From the NCBI GenBank assembly GCA_964466265.1, contig CAYXMX010000002.1:15340-79339 (forward strand): 64,000 nt of DNA, in the 5' to 3' direction. The translations under genes were made by a program, and so were the position numbers. A model generated the notes under the pieces. That model saw nothing but the letters and a program-made list of their open reading frames with translations. It was not told the origin of the DNA and did not search any database. Origin of the DNA: an uncultured bacterium (GTDB taxonomy: Bacteria > Fidelibacterota > Marinisomatia > Marinisomatales > TCS55). Positions 30,637-41,070 of this stretch are shown here, one piece after another; position 1 is the first letter of the stretch; every line of letters begins with the position of its first letter.

Positions 30637-33591
30637 ATGAAGTATTGTAAATATATCTATTGTTTATTATTACTTGTCAAATTAGACGGCCAATACCAGT
30701 ACAATCATTCTGAGATTGAATGGCAAACATTTGAAACTGAACATTTCCAGATACATTTTTATTCAGGCACGGAAACAACAGCCCGTGAAGGGGCTTATGT
30801 CGCAGAACAAATTTATCCTCATATAACAGGTTTTTATGAATATACTCCACCAACTAAAACGCATCTTATATTCACTGATTTAGATGATTTTTCCAACGGT
30901 GCAGCTTATTATTATGATAATAAAATATTTATCTGGGCATCACCATTAGATTTTGAATTGAGAGGAAGTCACCGATGGTTGCAAAATGTAATCACACACG
31001 AGTTTACCCATATTGTTTCCCTTCAAAAAGCGATGAAAGCAGGATTAAAGTTTCCAGGTGCCTATTTACAGTGGATGGGGTATGAAGATGAAAAACGGAA
31101 AGATGTGTTGTATGGATTTCCTCAAACCATTGTAAGTTATTCTTTGCCGGGAACTGTTGTCCCTCCCTGGTTGGCAGAAGGAAGTGCTCAGTACATGTAC
31201 CCAGGAGCAGATTGGGATATCTGGGACACCCATCGGGATATGATTTTACGAGATCGAACTTTAAATGATAATCTGCTATCATTTACTGAAATGAATACCT
31301 TTGGTAAAAAGGGAATTGGAAATGAGTCAACATATAACGCCGGTTATGCATTGTGCAGATATATTTCAGGAAAATACGGAGAAGAATCATTAAAAAAAAT
31401 TATGGTTGAATTATCAAAACCATTTCAATTCTCCATCAATCAATCCATTCAAAAAGCCATAGGCGTTAATGGAAGTGAATTGTACAAAAATTTTAAAAGT
31501 ATGCTGGAAAATAGATATGAATTATTAACAAAAAATATCAGAGAAACAAAATTAACCGGGAAAATTATTGAGGATGGAGGATCTGCAAATTTGCACCCTA
31601 AATGGTCTCCAGACGGAAATGAAATTGCATTTATATCCAACAGGGAAAATGATTATTTTAGTCAAACGGACTTATTTATTTACGATTTAAGTTCAAGAAA
31701 TACAAAATTAATTCAGCAAGGTGTTACATCTGCTCCCAATTGGCACCCCATAAAAAAGGTGATCTATTATACAAAGAAATCAACCATACCAAATAAATAT
31801 GGGTCAAAGTATTATGATTTGTACATGTATGATCTTGTGAGGGAAAAGGAGACTCGTCTTACAAAAAACCAGAGAGCATACAATCCAGTATTTATGGAGA
31901 AAGATAGTTCAATTGCATTTTTATCCACTTATGACGGTGGCCAAAATATTTACCGGTTAAATTTAAAAGAAAATTCAATTCAGAAATTGACAGATTATGA
32001 AGATCATTCTATTTTAAGTAGCTTAACTTATGATTTCGATAGAGATCGACTCATTTTTAACCGCACACAACATCATTTCCGGGATACTTATTATCTTTCT
32101 ACTGCTGATTCATCTATCGGTGTAATACTTTCAAATCCTTTATGGGATGCACGAGATGCTGTATATCACAATAATAAATTGCTTTATTCAGATGATCGTT
32201 CTGGAATATTCAACCTCTTTATGATTGATGAAAATTCAAAAGAACAAGCTTATGTCACGAATGTAACCGGTGGAGCATTTATGGCTGATATGGATGATAA
32301 TGGGGCCATCGTTTATTCCCTATATCAAAATGGGAAATACAATATAGCCATTATTGATTCGTTAACAATGATTGATGAGGACGTGGTTGGCTACTCCCCG
32401 AAATATTTTATGAGAAATGATGGACTGTCATCCGTTATGAAGGAACAATTAAATACTGAATCAAAACAATATACTGATGAATTTACAACGATGTTTATCC
32501 TCCCCAGACTCATGCTTGATTATGAAACAGTAAAACCTGGATTTTATTTTTACTCATCTGAAGTCATAGAAAGACTGAATGTATTTGGAGGGGCCTCAGT
32601 TAATAAGGTAATGGATGTCGATTTGTTTTTTATATTTGAATTTAGACGATTTTATCCCACTCTGTTTGCAGAGGTATTTTATCTGACGCGTAATATTCAG
32701 CAATCAAATTTTTATTCATCATACGAGTTAGATGATAATTTAAAATTCAGACTTACCCAATTTGATGCAGGAATGAGATTTCCCCTATTTGGAATGACTC
32801 AAATAGAATTAAAATCTACTTGGCAGGTTTACCGTGCGTTTGTAAAAGAGAATATTCCTCAGGAACACCTCATGGCGGGTGTTGCATATGATTATTATAA
32901 AGGTTGGATCAATGGGTTTAAATGGAGTCTGGATAATGTTAAAAGGTTGGTGGATAGTGATATAAACCCATCAAAGGGATATGCTTTTACTTTTTCTGCT
33001 ATGTATGAAAAAAATGATTTTATTAAAGGATTAAATTTGTCAGATGCCGGAACGTTAACCGCCGAATTTTCAGATAATAACACTTGGCGGGTTAATCTGG
33101 ATGGGCACTACTATTTTTCCATACCTAACACGCAACGATGGACTATATCATTGGGATCTCAGATGGGATGGCTATCTAATAATGATGTTGACTCCTTTTT
33201 CAATTATTTTGGAGGGGGATTGATTGGAATTAAAGGATATCCTTTTTATAGTATTGAAGGTACTCGGCAACTCATAAATAATGTTACCTTTCGAATTCCT
33301 CTTTTTATGCAAAAACACATAAAAATAGGCTGGGTAATTATTCAAAACAGTGTACTGGGGATAGAATATCAAAATGGAAATGCCTGGCGAGATAAATTTG
33401 ATGCATCAGAATTAAAATCCTCCATCGGAATTCAATGGAGGTTAAATGGCTTTTCTTTTTATAATTTCCCAACCGCAATTGAGCTTGAAATGCATCGGGG
33501 ATTGGATATTTTTAAAAAAGAAGTAAATGATAAAAAATTTACTTACGGAAATGAAAACAGATTTTATTTCAAACTCTTATTTGGATTTTGA
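30637..33591 (+). CDS. outer-membrane protein: peptidase-MA-like domain + PD40 (TolB-like) propeller + Omp85-like C-terminal barrel
   Basis: HEFTH zinc-site motif at 30997-31011. PD40-type repeats (HPKWSPDGNEIAFISNRENDYFSQTDLFIYDL, YNPVFMEKDSSIAFLSTYDGGQNIYRLNL). The C-terminal 350 aa are beta-rich, with FGGGLIGIKGYPFYSIEGTRQLINNVTFRIPLF, and end in LLFGF. Confidence 0.55.
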   Translation: MKYCKYIYCLLLLVKLDGQYQYNHSEIEWQTFETEHFQIHFYSGTETTAREGAYVAEQIYPHITGFYEYTPPTKTHLIFTDLDDFSNGAAYYYDNKIFIWASPLDFELRGSHRWLQNVITHEFTHIVSLQKAMKAGLKFPGAYLQWMGYEDEKRKDVLYGFPQTIVSYSLPGTVVPPWLAEGSAQYMYPGADWDIWDTHRDMILRDRTLNDNLLSFTEMNTFGKKGIGNESTYNAGYALCRYISGKYGEESLKKIMVELSKPFQFSINQSIQKAIGVNGSELYKNFKSMLENRYELLTKNIRETKLTGKIIEDGGSANLHPKWSPDGNEIAFISNRENDYFSQTDLFIYDLSSRNTKLIQQGVTSAPNWHPIKKVIYYTKKSTIPNKYGSKYYDLYMYDLVREKETRLTKNQRAYNPVFMEKDSSIAFLSTYDGGQNIYRLNLKENSIQKLTDYEDHSILSSLTYDFDRDRLIFNRTQHHFRDTYYLSTADSSIGVILSNPLWDARDAVYHNNKLLYSDDRSGIFNLFMIDENSKEQAYVTNVTGGAFMADMDDNGAIVYSLYQNGKYNIAIIDSLTMIDEDVVGYSPKYFMRNDGLSSVMKEQLNTESKQYTDEFTTMFILPRLMLDYETVKPGFYFYSSEVIERLNVFGGASVNKVMDVDLFFIFEFRRFYPTLFAEVFYLTRNIQQSNFYSSYELDDNLKFRLTQFDAGMRFPLFGMTQIELKSTWQVYRAFVKENIPQEHLMAGVAYDYYKGWINGFKWSLDNVKRLVDSDINPSKGYAFTFSAMYEKNDFIKGLNLSDAGTLTAEFSDNNTWRVNLDGHYYFSIPNTQRWTISLGSQMGWLSNNDVDSFFNYFGGGLIGIKGYPFYSIEGTRQLINNVTFRIPLFMQKHIKIGWVIIQNSVLGIEYQNGNAWRDKFDASELKSSIGIQWRLNGFSFYNFPTAIELEMHRGLDIFKKEVNDKKFTYGNENRFYFKLLFGF

Positions 33592-33593
33592 CC

Positions 33594-34520
33594 ATGATTA
33601 GATTAATAATACTATTACTATTTAGTACCTTTTTATTAGCAAGTGAACCTTATTTGCTAAATAATCAATTTCAACCAGCACTGAGTATGCCATCTTATTT
33701 GGGAAATAGCATGATGGTATCCGATACATCGGATCTTTTTGTTGAGGATTCATTGCTTCTTGTAAATTATCCAGCCAAACCCATGCTGTATTCTTTACTT
33801 ATTCCAGGTTTGGGACAATACAAGAATGGGGATCCAATGTGGAAGTCAGCGATATTTGCCGGGGTAGAAGTAGCTTCTATCATTGGTTGGATACAATGGA
33901 ATAAGCAAGCCGAAGAATCTCGGAAAAAATATGAATTATTTGGCGATAATTATTGGTCATTGAAAAGTTGGGTGGAAAATACATTGCTCAATCCGGTGAT
34001 CAGTGTGTCTCAGTATCATGATTTCAAAGTAGATGGCACTCATAAATTGGATTTGCATTTAACTGGGGCATTGGCCGAGGAATTTGGTGATTTTATCTCA
34101 TCAGATTCATTGGTCAATCATTCTGGATGGGTTTATTCAGGTGATGTGACAGTGAGTAAAGATCAGCACTTTTATGAGAACATTGGCAAATATGATCAAT
34201 TTGTAGGTGGGTGGAATGATATTGACGAATGGTATGTGAAAGAAAAGGCGGTAGAGGATACGATTGAGATTATTTTGATGACTCCAAAAAAGAGTGATTA
34301 TATCAATCAACGTGCCAGGAGTAATGATTATCTAAATTTGGCTAAATATGCTGTTACTGCCCTAATGTTTAATCATGTTATCAGCGGTTTGGAAGCAGTG
34401 TTTACGAATCAGCGGCAGGCAAGAGAAAAAGCAAAAAAAACAAATACAGATTTAGGATTGTACTATAATCCAAAAAATAAATATGGCATCGGCGGTATTA
34501 CACTTTCGGTTAATTGGTAG
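33594..34520 (+). CDS. DUF5683-like membrane-associated protein
   Basis: Signal/TM MIRLIILLLFSTFLLA. SLLIPGLGQYKNGDPMWKSAIFAGVEVASIIGW resembles the DUF5683 motif (PGLGQ.YN..YWK). The ATG at 33594 is preferred over the TTG at 33588. Confidence 0.55.
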   Translation: MIRLIILLLFSTFLLASEPYLLNNQFQPALSMPSYLGNSMMVSDTSDLFVEDSLLLVNYPAKPMLYSLLIPGLGQYKNGDPMWKSAIFAGVEVASIIGWIQWNKQAEESRKKYELFGDNYWSLKSWVENTLLNPVISVSQYHDFKVDGTHKLDLHLTGALAEEFGDFISSDSLVNHSGWVYSGDVTVSKDQHFYENIGKYDQFVGGWNDIDEWYVKEKAVEDTIEIILMTPKKSDYINQRARSNDYLNLAKYAVTALMFNHVISGLEAVFTNQRQAREKAKKTNTDLGLYYNPKNKYGIGGITLSVNW

Positions 34521-34527
34521 GGGAAAA

Positions 34528-35265
34528 ATGAATATTCGAATCTCTATATTATTATTATCTATACTTCTTTCCGGTTGTTCATCGAGTAAACCGGATGAAG
34601 ATATAGATTTTCAGGTGCAGTTTGATAAAGCAATGAATTCGCTAGAAAAGAAACGTTATTTGAGGGCTCAAGAAGAATTTAATTCTATCGCTATTAAAGG
34701 GCTACATACTGAGTTGGGAGATGATGCGCAATTTTATTTAGCGGAGTCATATTTTTATAACAAAGAATATGTCTTAGCTTTATCTGAATATGATCGTTTA
34801 ATCAGAAGAATGGGATTTAGTGAATATGTTCAAAAAGCTAGGTGGCGCGTATGTCAATGTTATGTTAAGCAGTCTCCGAAATATTACCATGAACAAAGTT
34901 CAACTGAAAATGCTTTGGGTAAACTTCAGGAATTCTTGGATGATTACCCTGATTCAGAATTTTCTGATGAAGCCATTAAAACCATTGTTGAGTTAAGAAA
35001 TAAACTGGCAAAAAAGTTGTACGAAACTGGCAGACTTTATATTAAAATGGATGAGTATGAATCAGCGATAATAGCTTATCAGGATCTATTGTTAAATTAC
35101 TATGATACTGATTATGTCAGCGATGCACATGTTCAAATTATTAAATGCTATACTCTTTTAAAGGAAATGGAGAAGGCAAAAGACTATTTTGCAATAAATA
35201 GAAAGCAAATAAAAAATCCTGATCTGCTAGAAAAAGCAGAGAAATTGATAGAAAAAGATCGGTAA
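34528..35265 (+). CDS. bamD: outer membrane protein assembly factor BamD (YfiO-like TPR lipoprotein)
   Basis: Start moved to ATG 34528 (MNIRISILLLSILLSGCSS lipobox). BamD-like TPR layout (AQFYLAESYFYNKEYVLALSEYDRLI, FLDDYPDSEFSDEA, LYIKMDEYESAIIAYQDLL). Confidence 0.75.
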   Translation: MNIRISILLLSILLSGCSSSKPDEDIDFQVQFDKAMNSLEKKRYLRAQEEFNSIAIKGLHTELGDDAQFYLAESYFYNKEYVLALSEYDRLIRRMGFSEYVQKARWRVCQCYVKQSPKYYHEQSSTENALGKLQEFLDDYPDSEFSDEAIKTIVELRNKLAKKLYETGRLYIKMDEYESAIIAYQDLLLNYYDTDYVSDAHVQIIKCYTLLKEMEKAKDYFAINRKQIKNPDLLEKAEKLIEKDR

Positions 35266-35269
35266 TGAT

Positions 35270-35854
35270 ATGAAAAAAGTGTGTCTTTTTGGGGGAACAT
35301 TTGATCCACCCCATATCGGTCATTTACTAATAGCCCAGACGGTTGCTGAAGCCGAAAATTTTGAAAAAATAATTTTTGTATTAGCGAATCAACCTCCTTT
35401 AAAAAACAATTTCTCTACAGTTCCCCATCGTCTATCAATGCTAAAAATGGCGATTGCAAGTAATCCGAAATTCGATTTATCTGAATTAGAAATAAAAAGG
35501 GGCGGTGTTTCTTATTCAATAGATACAATTCAAACTTTTAAAAGAGAAGAAAATATTAAAAAAGAGGAATTATTTTTCTTAATTGGAAGTGATTCATTAA
35601 TGGAATTCCATACTTGGGACAGACCTAAAGAAATCCTAATGGAATGTAAAGTACTGGTAGCGATTCGTCCTGGTTTTCGCCCAAGTGATGTCCCCAGATG
35701 GGTTCTAAAGGAAGTTCAATTTGCTAATATACCCAGATTTGAAATATCTTCAACTACTATTCGAAAACGATGGGCAGAAAATAAAACTATTCGATATATG
35801 GTTACTCAACCGGTCTGGGAATATATAAACGCGCATAATTTATTTTCTAAATGA
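35270..35854 (+). CDS. nadD: nicotinate-nucleotide adenylyltransferase
   Basis: GGTFDPPHIGHL (HxGH class), SYSIDT and ISSTTIR motifs. Confidence 0.9.
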   Translation: MKKVCLFGGTFDPPHIGHLLIAQTVAEAENFEKIIFVLANQPPLKNNFSTVPHRLSMLKMAIASNPKFDLSELEIKRGGVSYSIDTIQTFKREENIKKEELFFLIGSDSLMEFHTWDRPKEILMECKVLVAIRPGFRPSDVPRWVLKEVQFANIPRFEISSTTIRKRWAENKTIRYMVTQPVWEYINAHNLFSK

Positions 35855-36771
35855 CCTTAAGTATAATCTACATCATTTGCGGAGGTGTACTTCTATATTT
35901 TGGTGCTGATTGGATTGTAAAAGGTGGCAGTAAACTAGCAGCGCATTTTGGATTGTCTCCTCTGGTGGTTGGATTAACCATTGTTGCATTTGGTACATCG
36001 CTCCCTGAATTGGTAGTTAGTTTAGCAGCAGCATTAAAAAATTCTTCTAACATTGCTATCGGGAATGTTATCGGTTCCAATATTACAAATGTCGGTCTTG
36101 TATTGGGACTGAGTACTATGATTTTTCCTTTAACTATTCGTTTTTCTCGAATTCGGAATGATTTATTAATTTATTTAGGAGCCGCATCCCTTTTTACTTA
36201 TTTTTGTTTTGATGGCATTATAGAAAGATGGGAAGGGGCAATATTATTTAGTGGGATAATCTTTTACACCGGATATTCACTGATACACCCTTCACGCAGA
36301 GTTGAAAAAATTATTGATGAAAACGGATCAGTTGTTCGGTATGTATTTTTTCTATTGTTGGGTGGAGGATTGCTTTACATTGGATCAAACCTTTTTATTG
36401 AAGGGGCAATCACGTTGTCTAAATTGTTGGGAGTCGGTGAAATTGTTATTGGTATGTCGGTGGTGGCTCTTGGGACATCCCTCCCGGAATTGGCTACTTC
36501 GATCGTTGCAGCTTATCATAAAGAAAATGGGATTTCTGTCGGAAATATTATTGGATCAAATTTATTTAATCTTTTATCAGTAATTGGGATAGTTAGTCTT
36601 TTTCACCCCTTAACTGCACCGCATGAAATTATGTTTTTAGAAATCCCATTTTTATTTGCATTTGGCTTAATATTATTTCCCATTTCCTTTATGAAACAAC
36701 CCATCTCTAGATACATGGCCAGTCTGATGATTGGAGGGTACGGAGTATTTATTATATTGTTATTTATTTAA
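35851..36771 (+). CDS. Ca2+/Na+ antiporter (CaCA family, YrbG-like)
   Basis: Two alpha-repeats, GTSLPELVVS...GNVIGSNITNVGLVLG and GTSLPELATS...GNIIGSNLFNLL. 10-TM-type hydrophobicity. Confidence 0.88.
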   Translation: MTLSIIYIICGGVLLYFGADWIVKGGSKLAAHFGLSPLVVGLTIVAFGTSLPELVVSLAAALKNSSNIAIGNVIGSNITNVGLVLGLSTMIFPLTIRFSRIRNDLLIYLGAASLFTYFCFDGIIERWEGAILFSGIIFYTGYSLIHPSRRVEKIIDENGSVVRYVFFLLLGGGLLYIGSNLFIEGAITLSKLLGVGEIVIGMSVVALGTSLPELATSIVAAYHKENGISVGNIIGSNLFNLLSVIGIVSLFHPLTAPHEIMFLEIPFLFAFGLILFPISFMKQPISRYMASLMIGGYGVFIILLFI

Positions 36772-36820
36772 ATTGATATGAACGTTGGTACTGGAATAAA
36801 AGAGACATTAGATTGAGTTT

Positions 36821-37474
36821 ATGATAAAGCTGGAAAACGCATCTTATTCTTATAAAAAAGGGTTTGCTGTTTCAAATCTTAACTTGGAAATAGAGGATGG
36901 AGAATTTGCCTTTTTAATTGGACCTACCGGCTCTGGGAAAACCACATTGCTCCGGATGATCTATATGGATATCATCCCTGATTCTGGAAAGGTTATCGTT
37001 GGTAATTATTCATCTAATACAATTAAAAAACGGAAAATACCAAAACTCCGCAGAACCATTGGTATGGTCTCACAGGAATATTATTTACTTGATGACAGGA
37101 ATTTATTTGAAAATGTTGCACTACCGCTCCATGTAATCGGGTACAGTAAAAGTGATATCGGCGATTTAGTCATAGAATCATTGGAAGAAGTAGGATTAGA
37201 AGGGAAAGAAAACCATTATCCCTATGAACTGTCAGGCGGTGAGAAACAACGAGCTTGTGTTGCTAGAGCTTTAATTAAGAATCCTGATATTATTTTAGCG
37301 GATGAACCCACTGGGAATCTGGATCCGGTCACAGCATTTGATTTAGTAAAATTACTTGAAGAAATTAACGCTGAAGGTACTACTATTTTTATGGCCTCAC
37401 ATAATTATAGTCTGATCAAAAGTCGAAGCCATAGAATTATTGAAATTCAAGAAGGAAAACTGCGTAGTTCATAA
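36821..37474 (+). CDS. ftsE: cell division ATP-binding protein FtsE
   Basis: Walker A GPTGSGKTT, signature LSGGEKQR, Walker B ILADEPTGNLD. Followed by ftsX. Confidence 0.9.
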   Translation: MIKLENASYSYKKGFAVSNLNLEIEDGEFAFLIGPTGSGKTTLLRMIYMDIIPDSGKVIVGNYSSNTIKKRKIPKLRRTIGMVSQEYYLLDDRNLFENVALPLHVIGYSKSDIGDLVIESLEEVGLEGKENHYPYELSGGEKQRACVARALIKNPDIILADEPTGNLDPVTAFDLVKLLEEINAEGTTIFMASHNYSLIKSRSHRIIEIQEGKLRSS

Positions 37475-38340
37475 TGAATATGTTTTTATTTCTATTTGGC
37501 GAAGGATTAAAAAATTTATGGCGTCATAAATTAACTGTATTTACAGCAGTTTTTTCAATTTTTCTCTCATTAACTACTATTAGTGTCTTATTTATTGCAG
37601 ATCAGCATACGCAAAACGTTATCGAGTATATGAGATCAAAATACAAAATTGAAGTGTTTTTCTCTGACTCTCTTTCAGATAAGGAATCTAAAGAGAGTGT
37701 TGAAATAATTCGGAAAATCCCTGGTGTTTTCTCGACGACTCTCATTTCTAAAGACCAGGCATTGAAAATATATAAATCTCAATTCAACGAAGATATAACT
37801 GAATTTTTGGATTATAATCCGCTTCCAGCAAGCTGTGTGGTTAATATCTCTAGGAAAAAAGATGGCTTACTCAGGGTAGGACCGATTATTAATAAAATTA
37901 AAACAGTCAAAGGAGTAGAATCTGTTAATCATCAGGGAAGATTGATTAGCCGAATCGAAAAATTTTATGAAAAGGGACTTTTAGCATTATCAGGGATTGC
38001 ATTTGTAATTATTTTAGTAACTGTCATGATTATTTCTAATACTATTAAACTGACTATTTACGCAAGAAAGGATCTGATTCAATCGCTGAAAATGATGGGT
38101 GCATCCAATTCATTTATTCGTTTTCCATTTATTTTGGAAGGTATTTTCCAAGGCATAATGGGTGCATTACTAGCGTCAGGATTTATTTATGGTATTATTT
38201 TCGGGGCAAATAATATTTTAAAACAAATCACTACTTATTCTATATCTGTTCAATGGGAGTTTTTAGTTTGGTTATTTCTTATTGCAATTATCATCAGTTT
38301 TTTGGGTAGTACCCGTGCAATTTCTCGTTTTATCAAATAA
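37474..38340 (+). CDS. ftsX: cell division permease-like protein FtsX
   Basis: One N-terminal TM helix, a periplasmic domain and three C-terminal TM helices. TAATG overlap with ftsE. Confidence 0.85.
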   Translation: MNMFLFLFGEGLKNLWRHKLTVFTAVFSIFLSLTTISVLFIADQHTQNVIEYMRSKYKIEVFFSDSLSDKESKESVEIIRKIPGVFSTTLISKDQALKIYKSQFNEDITEFLDYNPLPASCVVNISRKKDGLLRVGPIINKIKTVKGVESVNHQGRLISRIEKFYEKGLLALSGIAFVIILVTVMIISNTIKLTIYARKDLIQSLKMMGASNSFIRFPFILEGIFQGIMGALLASGFIYGIIFGANNILKQITTYSISVQWEFLVWLFLIAIIISFLGSTRAISRFIK

Positions 38341-38397
38341 GGTTAATTGAATGAAATGCGTCTTGTTCACATTCAGCTAAACTTTATAAATTCTTAA

Positions 38398-39432
38398 TTG
38401 ATTATGAAGCAAAACATTATAGATATCTCACCCAGGGAACAGGAAGTCCTGAAAGCAGTCATTGAAGATTATATTATTTCTAACAATCCGATTGCTTCTT
38501 CATTTCTAAAGAATAATCACGCATTTGACTGTAGTCCGGCTACACTGAGAAACACTATGGCTGAACTTGAAAGAAAACAACTTCTAATGCATACTCACAC
38601 ATCCTCCGGCCGAATCCCAACAGACTACGGTTATCGGTATTATGTGGATTACCTGATGGATCATCAGGTTGCTAGTCTTTATAATTTAGAAAATATTGAA
38701 AATATATTAGCTTCAACATCCTCGAACGTTGCAAAGTTGCTTCAAACAACTGCTGCAATGCTTTCAAAAATTAGCCATCTGTTTGGTGTTGCGATGATTC
38801 TCCAATTTGATCGGAGTATTTTACAGGAAATAGAATTGGTTTCTTTGTCACAGGATCAGATAATGGTCGTTTTAGGAATGAAATCAGGTCTGGCACGAAC
38901 CATCGTTTTAAACTTGGAAGTATCTGTAAAAGAAAGTGATTTAATTAAAGTAACTGAATTACTAAAAGAAAAACTATTGGGATTGACTCTTGAGGAAATA
39001 CATAAATCTATTGTTATTAGAATTAAGGACACCCCTTTAGCCAAACATGAAATTATTCAAATATTGCTGAATAATCCTGAAGAGCATTTTTCCTTCCCGG
39101 AAAACCAAATGGTTTTTACTTCATCTGCTATGGAGTTGATTGAGCAACCGGAATACCAACGCGTGGAGAATTTACAAAAAACACTTATTGCCGTCGATAC
39201 TGGAAATGTATTGAATTATTTTAGGACTTACTTAAATAAAAAAAGTAATTACCTGTTTATCGGGAATGAGAATTTGGATGATATATATAACGATTACACA
39301 ATTGTAAGCAATGTTTTTGGTGGCTCCTTGTTTCAGGGGCAAATTGGAATCATTGGGCCCACACGGCTACCTTATGCAAAAGTAACAGGAGTTTTGAATC
39401 ATTTTACGGAAATAATGAAACGTGTCTGCTAA
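38398..39432 (+). CDS. hrcA: heat-inducible transcription repressor HrcA
   Basis: N-terminal winged-helix region REQEVLKAVIEDYI...PATLRNTMAELE and the hallmark SSGRIPTDYGYRYYVD. Confidence 0.9.
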   Translation: MIMKQNIIDISPREQEVLKAVIEDYIISNNPIASSFLKNNHAFDCSPATLRNTMAELERKQLLMHTHTSSGRIPTDYGYRYYVDYLMDHQVASLYNLENIENILASTSSNVAKLLQTTAAMLSKISHLFGVAMILQFDRSILQEIELVSLSQDQIMVVLGMKSGLARTIVLNLEVSVKESDLIKVTELLKEKLLGLTLEEIHKSIVIRIKDTPLAKHEIIQILLNNPEEHFSFPENQMVFTSSAMELIEQPEYQRVENLQKTLIAVDTGNVLNYFRTYLNKKSNYLFIGNENLDDIYNDYTIVSNVFGGSLFQGQIGIIGPTRLPYAKVTGVLNHFTEIMKRVC

Positions 39433-39949
39433 AGTTAAAAAAGTAATAAAATCGAAAAAAACCAAAGAGACAAAAGCACAGCTTTTAGAAAAAAATATTG
39501 AACAGCTTACAATGAAATTAAGCGAATTAGAAGACAAACATGTTCGTTTAAAAGCTGAATTTGACAATTTTCGAAAACGAAAAGTAAAAGAAATTTCAAA
39601 TTTAATTCGATATGAGGGAGAAGATGTTTTCAAAAGTATTCTTTCAATTACTGATGACCTAGATCGCATGAAAAATGCCATAGCAAAAAATAATGATAAG
39701 GATAGCACTGAATCCATTCTTCAGGGAATTGGCTTAATTATGCAAAAAATTAATAAATTATTTGAAGAAAGAGAAATTATACCTTTTGGTAAAGTGGGGG
39801 ATATTCTGGATTCAAATCTGCATGACGCTTTAATGGTACGAGAAGAAAAAGGTAAGAAGGATAATGAAATTTTGGAAGTATTTGAAAAAGGTTTTAAATA
39901 TAAAGATCGCATTATTCGTCATGCAAAGGTAGTAGTGAATAAAGCATGA
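39422..39949 (+). CDS. grpE: nucleotide exchange factor GrpE
   Basis: [12 protein letters not shown] motif, long N-terminal helix, C-terminal beta domain. GTG start overlapping hrcA by 11 nt. Confidence 0.88.
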   Translation: MSAKVKKVIKSKKTKETKAQLLEKNIEQLTMKLSELEDKHVRLKAEFDNFRKRKVKEISNLIRYEGEDVFKSILSITDDLDRMKNAIAKNNDKDSTESILQGIGLIMQKINKLFEEREIIPFGKVGDILDSNLHDALMVREEKGKKDNEILEVFEKGFKYKDRIIRHAKVVVNKA

Positions 39950-41070
39950 GGGATTTGTATGATGTATTGGGTGTAGATAAAAATGCGACCAATGATGAAA
40001 TCAAAAAGGCATATCGTAAAGTTGCGTTAAAATATCATCCAGATAGAAACCCCGGAGATAAAGAAGCTGATGCCAATTTCAAAGAAGCAGCAGAAGCATA
40101 TAGCGTTTTAAGCGATTCTCAAAAGCGAAGACAATATGATCAGTTTGGCCATGCTGGAGTTGGATTGGGTGATCAATCTCAAGGATTCAGTGGATCCGGA
40201 TTTCATCACATGTCCATGGATGATATTTTCAGTCAATTTGGCGATGTCTTCGGAGATGATCTATTTGGAAGTTTTTTTGGCGGAAGTCGTCATGGTGGAC
40301 AAACTATTCGCAAAGGAAAAGATCTTCGGGCGACCATTCAATTGAAGTATAAGGAAATTGTTACTGGTGTTGAGAAAACCATTAATATAAAAAGATTAGA
40401 ACATTGTGACCATTGTGGTGGCAGCGGAGCATCCCCGGGAACGAGTTCATCTACTTGTCAACAATGCGGTGGTGCTGGGCGAGTCAGACAAATGTCCCAA
40501 TCATTTATTTTTCAATCAGTGGTTGAGCGGGAATGCCCAATTTGCAAAGGATCTGGAAAGGTAATTACTAAACCATGTAAAAACTGCCATATGGGGTTAA
40601 TAAGAAAAACAGTATCTGTAAAGGTAAAAATCCCTGCCGGTGTGGAGTCTGGGAATTATATGCGATTAAATGGGCAGGGAAATAAAGGAGAAAGCGGGCA
40701 TCCGGCTGGTGATCTGGTTGTTTTTTTTGAAGAGGAGGAACATCCATATTTTGAAAGAGATGGAGAGAACATTTTTATCGAAGCATTAATTCCCTTTACT
40801 ACAGCAGCCTTAGGTGGCTCTTTAGAAATACCGACCATTGAAGGTGGAAAAGCAAGTTTAAAAATTCCAGCAGGGATTCAGTCTGGACAAATATTGCGGA
40901 TGAGAAATAAAGGGTTTCCAAGGTTAAGAGGATTATCCAGAGGAGACCAAATGGTACGAATTCAAATTGAAACACCTCATGGATTAAATAGAAATCAGAA
41001 AAATTTATTAACTGAATTAACCAAAATAGAAAGTAAAATTAAACATCCTTTTAGAAAAATAAAAATGTAA
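39946..41070 (+). CDS. dnaJ: molecular chaperone DnaJ
   Basis: J domain with [12 protein letters not shown]-rich linker. Zinc-finger repeats [16 protein letters not shown] and CPICKGSG, plus a degenerate CKNCHMG. Confidence 0.95.
   Translation: MRDLYDVLGVDKNATNDEIKKAYRKVALKYHPDRNPGDKEADANFKEAAEAYSVLSDSQKRRQYDQFGHAGVGLGDQSQGFSGSGFHHMSMDDIFSQFGDVFGDDLFGSFFGGSRHGGQTIRKGKDLRATIQLKYKEIVTGVEKTINIKRLEHCDHCGGSGASPGTSSSTCQQCGGAGRVRQMSQSFIFQSVVERECPICKGSGKVITKPCKNCHMGLIRKTVSVKVKIPAGVESGNYMRLNGQGNKGESGHPAGDLVVFFEEEEHPYFERDGENIFIEALIPFTTAALGGSLEIPTIEGGKASLKIPAGIQSGQILRMRNKGFPRLRGLSRGDQMVRIQIETPHGLNRNQKNLLTELTKIESKIKHPFRKIKM

Noticed and set aside
30637-33591. Calling the 984-aa protein BamA because bamD is nearby
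   Set aside because: No POTRA-like repeats are visible. The N-terminal two thirds are instead peptidase-like and PD40-like, so only an Omp85-like C-terminal barrel is suggested.
39367-39717. Minus-strand ORF of 116 aa across the hrcA/grpE junction
   Set aside because: It is antisense to two confidently identified chaperone-system genes. Its composition is Ser/Phe/Leu-rich, as expected for the reverse complement of Lys/Glu-rich coding sequence.
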